From NCBI GenBank assembly GCA_964614975.1, contig CAZTOA010000002.1, forward strand, positions 1-56,603: a DNA stretch of 56,603 nt, read 5' to 3'. Source of the stretch: an uncultured Gammaproteobacteria bacterium. GTDB taxonomy: Bacteria; Patescibacteriota; Microgenomatia; UBA1406; HO2-37-13b. The translations under genes and the position numbers were made by a program. Below are positions 50,754 to 56,603 of this stretch, piece after piece (positions within the stretch are counted from its first letter, which is position 1; every line of letters starts with the position of its first letter). The notes beneath the pieces were generated by a model that saw only the letters and a list, made by a program, of their open reading frames with translations, did no database searches and was not told where the DNA came from.

Positions 50754-52117
50754 TGGTGTCTAAAAATCTACAAAACTATCTTAATAATAAAACTTCTTCA
50801 TTGAAGCCACTTGATCTTTTTCATGAGGCTTCACAACGGATTCCTGCATACAAAGATTTTTTGAAGAAAAACAAATTTTCACCAAAAGAAGTCAAGACAA
50901 TGAAGGATTTTGTGAAGATTCCCCTTATGACAAAGGAGAATTATATTCTTGCATATGATTATAAAAGTAGAACTTGGGATGGAAATACGAGCAACGAGCA
51001 TATGATTTCTACAAGCTCTGGAACGTTGGGAGAGCCCGTTTTCTGGCCTCGAGATATTCAAACCGTTGTCGAAGGCGCGATGTATCATGAAGTAATTTTC
51101 GATCAGTGCTTTAATATGAAAAAAAAGCAGACATTATTTATCAATGGTTTTGCTTTAGGAAATTGGATTGCGGGAACGTTTACTTCTGAATGTTGTTTTC
51201 TTGTTTCACTAAAAGGTTTTCCATTAACAGCGGCGACTCCCGGATATAGTTCTGAAGAAATAATAAAACTTTTAAAAGAATTATCACCACAATATGCAAT
51301 GACTGTTATTACCGGACATGCACCGTTCTTAAAACAGCTTGTCGAAGAAGCCACAAAAGAGGGTGTTGATTTTAAAAAAATAGATGTTCGTTTGTTAGGA
51401 ACGGGGCAGGCGATTACAGAAAATTGGCGTACATATGTGCTTTCTATATTAAAGAAGAAAGATTACACGCATTCTGTAGTTAATTTATATGGTTCTGCTG
51501 ATGCCGCACTCATGGCCTATGAAAGCCCCGCATCAATTTTATTAAGAAAAAATTTAGCTGACAATCCAAAAAAAGCTCGAAGTTTATTTAATGATGAGCG
51601 GCTTCCATCAATATATAGTTATGATCCTAGAATTGTCCACTTTGAGTCAGTTGATGGTGAATTATGCATTACAAAGTATTCAAGCATACCTCTTATTCGC
51701 TACAACATGCATGATACTGGAGGCATTTTGGAAAATAATATGTTATATCTTTACGGACGTGAGAAATTCATGGTTAAGATATATGGGGCAAACATCTACA
51801 CCGAGCATGTTCAACATGCATTAAACCATAAAGATTTACAACCTCATCTTACAGGTCGTTTTGCGATGGAGATGATATATGACGACGCCCAGAATCCGCA
51901 GCTTACTTGTCGCGTCGAGCTAAATATTTCTATTCCCGCCGACGCGATTCTTGAAAAAAAAGTTAAGGACACATTTATTAATGAAGTGCGAAAGATGAAT
52001 AGCGAATACAACGATGCGCTTTCTCGTATGGGCGAGCGAGCCCATCCAGTAATTATTTTGCATGAATTTGGGCATAAAAAATATTTTCCTGTAGGAAAAG
52101 TAAAGAAAACCGCTTAA
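50753..52117 (+). CDS. PaaK/coenzyme-F390-synthetase-like adenylate-forming ligase
   Basis: STSSGTLGEPVFWP matches the SSGTTGKP AMP-binding loop of the phenylacetate-CoA ligase clade. 1-nt start/stop overlap with the lyase gene. Confidence 0.7.
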   Translation: MVSKNLQNYLNNKTSSLKPLDLFHEASQRIPAYKDFLKKNKFSPKEVKTMKDFVKIPLMTKENYILAYDYKSRTWDGNTSNEHMISTSSGTLGEPVFWPRDIQTVVEGAMYHEVIFDQCFNMKKKQTLFINGFALGNWIAGTFTSECCFLVSLKGFPLTAATPGYSSEEIIKLLKELSPQYAMTVITGHAPFLKQLVEEATKEGVDFKKIDVRLLGTGQAITENWRTYVLSILKKKDYTHSVVNLYGSADAALMAYESPASILLRKNLADNPKKARSLFNDERLPSIYSYDPRIVHFESVDGELCITKYSSIPLIRYNMHDTGGILENNMLYLYGREKFMVKIYGANIYTEHVQHALNHKDLQPHLTGRFAMEMIYDDAQNPQLTCRVELNISIPADAILEKKVKDTFINEVRKMNSEYNDALSRMGERAHPVIILHEFGHKKYFPVGKVKKTA

Positions 52118-52140
52118 TTTACTGTGATATAATTGCTCCC

Positions 52141-53142
52141 ATGAGAGCAAAGCTCATTAAGGAACTCTTCAAAATTCGCAATCCGCACATCGCTCCCACT
52201 GCAATAGATCTCAAAAAACTAGAAGCAAAAGTTACGTCCGTTTCAAAAACGAAATCTTCTATTCATGGGCTTTCAAAAAAAGCAATATTTGAACTCACAA
52301 CTGCGAGGAACCGCAATTTGATAAAGCCCGATCAGCAATATGATCTCCATACATTTCCTGTCGGTTTTTTTGGCATGAGTGTTGGTAGCCATGCCGCATT
52401 GTCATGGATGCTTATTTCTAGAGCTAGTATTATTAAAATTGTTGATCCAGATACCATTGATGCCTCAAACCTCAATAGACTTCGTTTTGGATGGAGTGCT
52501 GTAGGTAAATATAAAATTGATGTGGTTAAAGAACAATTAAAAGATATGTATCCTGATGGCGTTATTATTGCTTCAAAAAAAACTGATCTTGCATCTGTTA
52601 AAGAAATATTTGATAAAAATACTCCAATAGAAGCTGTGGTCGACGAAATTGATAATTTTCCATCAAAAATTTTGCTTCGCAAACTAGCGAGAGAGCGCAA
52701 AATACCTCTTGTTTCTGCAGCCGATGTAGGCGATAACATTATGGTCGATATCGAGCGTTACGATACTGATCCGAATTATCCATTTTTCCACGGACGTGAA
52801 AAAAACTTAGAAAACCTTGAAATTACAAAACTAAGTGAACCTGAATTGAAGCGTCTTATTATTAAACTTGTCGGCTTTGAACATAATAGTGAACAAATGA
52901 TTAATTCTCTTTTCGGCATGGGAGCATCAATACCAACATGGCCGCAGCTCGGAACTACTGCAAGCATTGCTGGGGGAGTTATAGCGACTATTTTAAAGAA
53001 AATCAGATTGGGTGAAGCTGTTAAGAGTGGTAGATATTACGTATCACTTGATGATATTTTTGTAAGCGATTTTTCTTCATCTGTGAATATAGATCGCAGA
53101 GAAAGAAAGGTTTCACACATTAAAAAAATGTTAAAGATATGA
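52141..53142 (+). CDS. ThiF/MoeB/E1-like adenylyltransferase-family protein
   Basis: FGMSVGSHAA...IKIVDPDTIDASNLNRL matches the ThiF nucleotide-binding fold. TGTGATATAAT lies 7 nt upstream of the ATG. Confidence 0.7.
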   Translation: MRAKLIKELFKIRNPHIAPTAIDLKKLEAKVTSVSKTKSSIHGLSKKAIFELTTARNRNLIKPDQQYDLHTFPVGFFGMSVGSHAALSWMLISRASIIKIVDPDTIDASNLNRLRFGWSAVGKYKIDVVKEQLKDMYPDGVIIASKKTDLASVKEIFDKNTPIEAVVDEIDNFPSKILLRKLARERKIPLVSAADVGDNIMVDIERYDTDPNYPFFHGREKNLENLEITKLSEPELKRLIIKLVGFEHNSEQMINSLFGMGASIPTWPQLGTTASIAGGVIATILKKIRLGEAVKSGRYYVSLDDIFVSDFSSSVNIDRRERKVSHIKKMLKI

Positions 53143-54146
53143 CAACGCAAGATAATTACAAAGCATGGGAACCAGACAGAAAGAAAGGAACGATTGAAGA
53201 TATTGTTGCATACGGACTCTTAGCTCCATCAAGCCATAACAGCCAGCCTTGGAAATTTAAAGTTGAAGGAAACATAATAAAAATAGTGCCAGATTATGCA
53301 CGTAGCCTTCCATATAGCGATAGATTTAATCGTGAACTTTTCATATCGCTTGGTTGTGTATGGGCAAATTGTGAGGTTGCTGCGAAACATTTTGGATATT
53401 CGGTAAAAAGTGAGGTATTACCGGAAGACGAAATTGAAGACGTAGCGATAAAAATTACATGCACAAAGGGAAAGAGCGGAAAAAATGATGAACTTTTCAC
53501 AGCAATAACTGAAAGAAAAACGAATAGATTTCCACATACAGATGAAAAATTATCGAAATCAATAATTTCTGCGTGCTCCGGACAAAAATTTGATAAAAAT
53601 ATGTCGGTGCACATCATTACTAACTCAGAACAAATAAAAGCTGCTGCTGATATAGCTGCTGATGTTGCTGGATTTGTATTCGCCGATCCTGTATTTAAAA
53701 AAGAATTGCAAGAATGGCTGCGTCCAGTTTCTACAAAAGAAAAAGACGGGATTGCACTCTTTGATGCCGGTGTACCAGCAAAAATTACTGAGATGATTGT
53801 CAAAAATATTACGCAGGCCGATCCGAAAGAAGAAGCTGAACGTGATAGGAAAACTGTGCAATCGTCTACAGGGCTTTTTGTATTAACTGCGCCCGACGAT
53901 TCAAAAGAATCCTGGCTACGTGCCGGGCGTGCTGTTGAATACTGCTGGCTTACCTTAACAAATTTCGGTATTTCTGTAGCACCTATGGGGGGTTTTGTTG
54001 AGCACCCAATAGCAAATCAACAACTTATGAAACTACTAAAAACCAAAAAACACCCACTGTTTTTTGCTCGTATTGGATATGCTAAAGAACCCACACACGT
54101 CAGTCCTCGCAGACCTCTTGAAGATGTCCTGAAAAGAAGCTTATAA
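53139..54146 (+). CDS. Acg-type double-domain nitroreductase-family FMN protein
   Basis: APSSHNSQPWKF motif. Length (~335 aa) fits the fused two-lobe Acg/Tpa1-like nitroreductases. ATGA overlap with the ThiF-like gene. Confidence 0.75.
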   Translation: MTTQDNYKAWEPDRKKGTIEDIVAYGLLAPSSHNSQPWKFKVEGNIIKIVPDYARSLPYSDRFNRELFISLGCVWANCEVAAKHFGYSVKSEVLPEDEIEDVAIKITCTKGKSGKNDELFTAITERKTNRFPHTDEKLSKSIISACSGQKFDKNMSVHIITNSEQIKAAADIAADVAGFVFADPVFKKELQEWLRPVSTKEKDGIALFDAGVPAKITEMIVKNITQADPKEEAERDRKTVQSSTGLFVLTAPDDSKESWLRAGRAVEYCWLTLTNFGISVAPMGGFVEHPIANQQLMKLLKTKKHPLFFARIGYAKEPTHVSPRRPLEDVLKRSL

Positions 54147-54153
54147 TCAAACT

Positions 54154-56424
54154 ATGTTCAGTATTCTTACGATTGTCCTAGAGTTTATTGCGTTTGTGGG
54201 CATTGTCTTATTGGGAGTTTCAACCTTGCAAACAAGCCCAAAAAGCATTACAAATCGTTTGTTTTTTCTGTTCTCATCAACACTTGCGTTATATATTTGG
54301 GCAAACTATTTATCTGCAATTCAGAGCGTTGATTCCCTTACATTATTTTGGATACGTGTTGTCATGGGGCTTGCTCTGTTGATTAATATATTCTATTTTC
54401 TTCTAGTCTTTGAATTTCCAAATATTAAAAGATCATTAGCAAAGAATTGGTATTACCTCATTGGACTTTGTACATTGCCATTATTATTTTTAAGTCAAAC
54501 AGCTGCTATTTTCAGTTCTGTTAATCCAGGCACTAATCAACCTGTTCCAGGAAAATTAATTCCTTTATTCCTTATTCATACACTCGTATTTTTAGTAGGA
54601 GGAGTCATCATTCTGTTTAAGAAGTTTAAGGTTGCCAAGGGTGTCATTCGTATTCAATTACGATATCTCATTTTTGCTACCGCATTTATGTTTGTATCCA
54701 TACTTTTAACGAACGTATTTTTTGTGTTGGTTTTGAAGACGACTGCATTTATAGGGCTACTGCCAATATATACAACAATATTCGTTGGATTAATTAGTTA
54801 TGCGATTCTTCGGCATAAATTTTTAGATATTCGTCTTATTGTTGCGCGATCAATTGCGTACTCCGTTGTAGTACTCATCCTCGTGCTTTCATATTCATCG
54901 GGAATTTTTCTTGTGGGTACATATGTAATTGGTTATGAAATCAGGCCAATTAACATGATCGTGTCAGTATTCTTCGCTTTTATTATCGCGATCTCATACC
55001 ATCCGCTTTTGCGCAATATTGAACATATTACTGATAAGCTCTTTTTCAAAGATCGCTATGATTCGCGATTTCTTCTTGCTAAGTTAGGCCGTATTATGGC
55101 TTCAACGCTTGAATTAAAAGAAATCGCTCAGATGATTCTTAAAACTTTGTTAAAAGATATGCGTATCTCGAAAGGTTATCTTCTTTTGATGCGTGAAAAC
55201 CAAATAATCTGGTCATATGGTCAAAGTTATAATCATGCGCTTGCTCATAATTTTGTTGGTGATTACATAAGCTTTTTAATTGAATCTGCTCACAAAAAAA
55301 GAGAAGATAATATTCTTCTTTTCGAAGAACTTCAGGATGGTGCGGAAAAAGATATTATGCGCGAATACGGCATGAGTATTGCATTTCCGCTTCTGGTAGA
55401 AGGAAAACCGATTGGCCTTATGTGGTTTGGATCAAAGCTTTCTGGTGAAACATATTCGACTGAAGACATGCATCTTTTTAAAATTCTTGCACCAGAAGTA
55501 GCAGTAGCAGTAAAAAATTCGCTGCAATATGACGAAATAAAACAATTCAACGTTACTCTTCAAGAAAAAATAAAACACGCGACATACAATCTACGCTCTG
55601 CAAATCATAAGCTTAAAGAGCTCGACAAAATGAAAGATGATTTTGTATCTGTCGCTTCCCATGAATTGCGAACACCAATGACGGCTATTAAATCTTACTT
55701 GTGGTTAGCATTGGCGGGGAAGGGTGGAAAGCTTTCAGTAAAGCAAGAGTATTATCTTCAAAGATCGTACAACTCTGTGGACCGATTAATTAAGCTGGTT
55801 AATGACATGCTTAATATTTCTCGTATCGAATCTGGAAGAATTTTTGTGAGTCTTGCAAAAACCGATATTTTAGCACTGATTAATGAAGTCATTGAGGAAA
55901 TAAAACCACGAATCGATGAGCTTAAATTAAACATAAAAGTTGATTTTAGTAAGGACGGATCACTTTCGAAGGAAGACGTAAAAGAACTTATCGCTGATCC
56001 AGATAAAGTAAAAGAGGTTGTACTTAACTTAATTGGAAATTCTCTTAAGTTTACTGAAGAAGGAGGCCTTATTTCAATATTCTTTACGAAAGAAGGCAAT
56101 AAAATAGTTACGAACGTGAAGGATACGGGTAGGGGAATTGATGCGAAAGATATGGGCACACTCTTCACAAAGTTCGGAATGGTTCAAGGATCATATGCAA
56201 CAAATAAAAAAGCATCTGGTACTGGATTAGGGCTTTATATTAGTAAGTCCATTATTGAGTTACATGATGGAGAAATGAAGGCAAGTTCAGAAGGAATAGG
56301 GAAAGGAGCGACATTCTCATTTTCGTTACCGATATATTCTCCAAAGCTTTTTAAGGACATGAATGATGAGTTGAATACTGGGAAGCGTGATCAAACTATC
56401 GGGATAATTCACACCACACTATAA
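54154..56424 (+). CDS. Sensor histidine kinase with polytopic N-terminal domain and GAF-like region
   Basis: About 8 TM helices, H-box SHELRTPMT, N-box NLIGNSLKF and G-boxes DTGRGI / GTGLGL. TATAAT 6 nt from the ATG. Confidence 0.9.
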   Translation: MFSILTIVLEFIAFVGIVLLGVSTLQTSPKSITNRLFFLFSSTLALYIWANYLSAIQSVDSLTLFWIRVVMGLALLINIFYFLLVFEFPNIKRSLAKNWYYLIGLCTLPLLFLSQTAAIFSSVNPGTNQPVPGKLIPLFLIHTLVFLVGGVIILFKKFKVAKGVIRIQLRYLIFATAFMFVSILLTNVFFVLVLKTTAFIGLLPIYTTIFVGLISYAILRHKFLDIRLIVARSIAYSVVVLILVLSYSSGIFLVGTYVIGYEIRPINMIVSVFFAFIIAISYHPLLRNIEHITDKLFFKDRYDSRFLLAKLGRIMASTLELKEIAQMILKTLLKDMRISKGYLLLMRENQIIWSYGQSYNHALAHNFVGDYISFLIESAHKKREDNILLFEELQDGAEKDIMREYGMSIAFPLLVEGKPIGLMWFGSKLSGETYSTEDMHLFKILAPEVAVAVKNSLQYDEIKQFNVTLQEKIKHATYNLRSANHKLKELDKMKDDFVSVASHELRTPMTAIKSYLWLALAGKGGKLSVKQEYYLQRSYNSVDRLIKLVNDMLNISRIESGRIFVSLAKTDILALINEVIEEIKPRIDELKLNIKVDFSKDGSLSKEDVKELIADPDKVKEVVLNLIGNSLKFTEEGGLISIFFTKEGNKIVTNVKDTGRGIDAKDMGTLFTKFGMVQGSYATNKKASGTGLGLYISKSIIELHDGEMKASSEGIGKGATFSFSLPIYSPKLFKDMNDELNTGKRDQTIGIIHTTL

Positions 56425-56428
56425 CTTT

Positions 56429-56602
56429 TTATTGACAGCTATTAGAACATGTACCTTCACTATAGAGTTGTAATGGAGAATTGCATGTTCCTCCAGAGGT
56501 ACAATTTGCAAAGTCTCCACAGTTATTACATATAGATCCTTGAAAACAGAATTTAGGTGCAGGATCAGATGGGCATGATGGATATGGAGTCGGACTAGGA
56601 CC
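56429..56602 (-). CDS. C-terminal 57 aa of a cysteine-rich secreted protein (gene enters from the right edge)
   Basis: Hand translation: ...GPSPTPYPSCPSDPAPKFCFQGSICNNCGDFANCTSGGTCNSPLQLYSEGTCSNSCQ*. Stop at 56429-56431. Absent from the ORF track. Confidence 0.4.
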   Translation of the reverse strand, partial: GPSPTPYPSCPSDPAPKFCFQGSICNNCGDFANCTSGGTCNSPLQLYSEGTCSNSCQ

Positions 56603-56603
56603 A

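Noticed and set aside
1-56603. tRNA, rRNA, tmRNA or RNase P genes in the intergenic regions
   Set aside because: I found no cloverleaf-compatible stretches with a GTTCRANYC T-loop and no conserved RNase P or tmRNA boxes in any gap. Detection by eye is imperfect, so tRNAscan/Infernal should confirm this.

Overview
This 56.6-kb window looks like part of a small, AT-rich bacterial chromosome of uncultivated type. My inference is CPR/Patescibacteria-like: it has an archaeal-type TyrRS, many orphan secreted PT-linker/Cys-rich proteins, tightly packed genes, and -10 boxes 5-11 nt from start codons with no Shine-Dalgarno (SD).

Recognisable core genes are dprA, metG, PBP2, rpe, rpiB, tatD, ychF, dus, folC, fmt, tyrS, rho and gdh. 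Also present are GT2/GT4 glycosyltransferases, GH18-like and clan-A-like glycosidases, LysM-M23 and M20 peptidases, an O-antigen-ligase/TPR protein, an IS200/RayT-like Y1 transposase, a CsoR-family repressor and a receiver/histidine-kinase pair. I saw no rRNA, tRNA or CRISPR array.

Main anomaly: eight sharply bounded GC-rich loci sit in intergenic gaps. They are at about 6.7-7.4, 13.8-14.3, 18.6-19.0, 20.4-21.1 (two units), 22.25-22.55, 23.2-23.5, 34.5-35.8 and 40.3-40.6 kb. They carry ten ORFs: nine of 37-88 aa and one 333-aa surface protein. Each has a host-like -10 promoter, a long structured leader, a canonical SD, mostly G/C-ending codons and a GC-rich terminal hairpin. These signals are unlike those of the surrounding leaderless host genes. 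Some cassettes are paralogous to each other, and one is flanked by perfect 13-bp inverted repeats.

Second candidate system: a compact orphan operon at 49.07-54.15 kb, bracketed by two-component genes. It encodes an MIO ammonia-lyase/aminomutase, a PaaK-like adenylate-forming ligase, a ThiF/E1-like enzyme and an Acg-type nitroreductase.

Other points:
- An ATP-grasp + GATase1 pair lies behind a 16-codon Phe/Ile-rich leader ORF and a terminator.
- A ~210-nt rod-like RNA lies between a consensus promoter and rho.
- ACCTG..CAGGT palindromes link the CsoR-like gene to two cassette promoters.
- A large orphan protein carries a beta-carbonic-anhydrase-like CxDxR/HxxC signature.

All function calls rest on motif recognition by eye. 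No database search or folding program was run.
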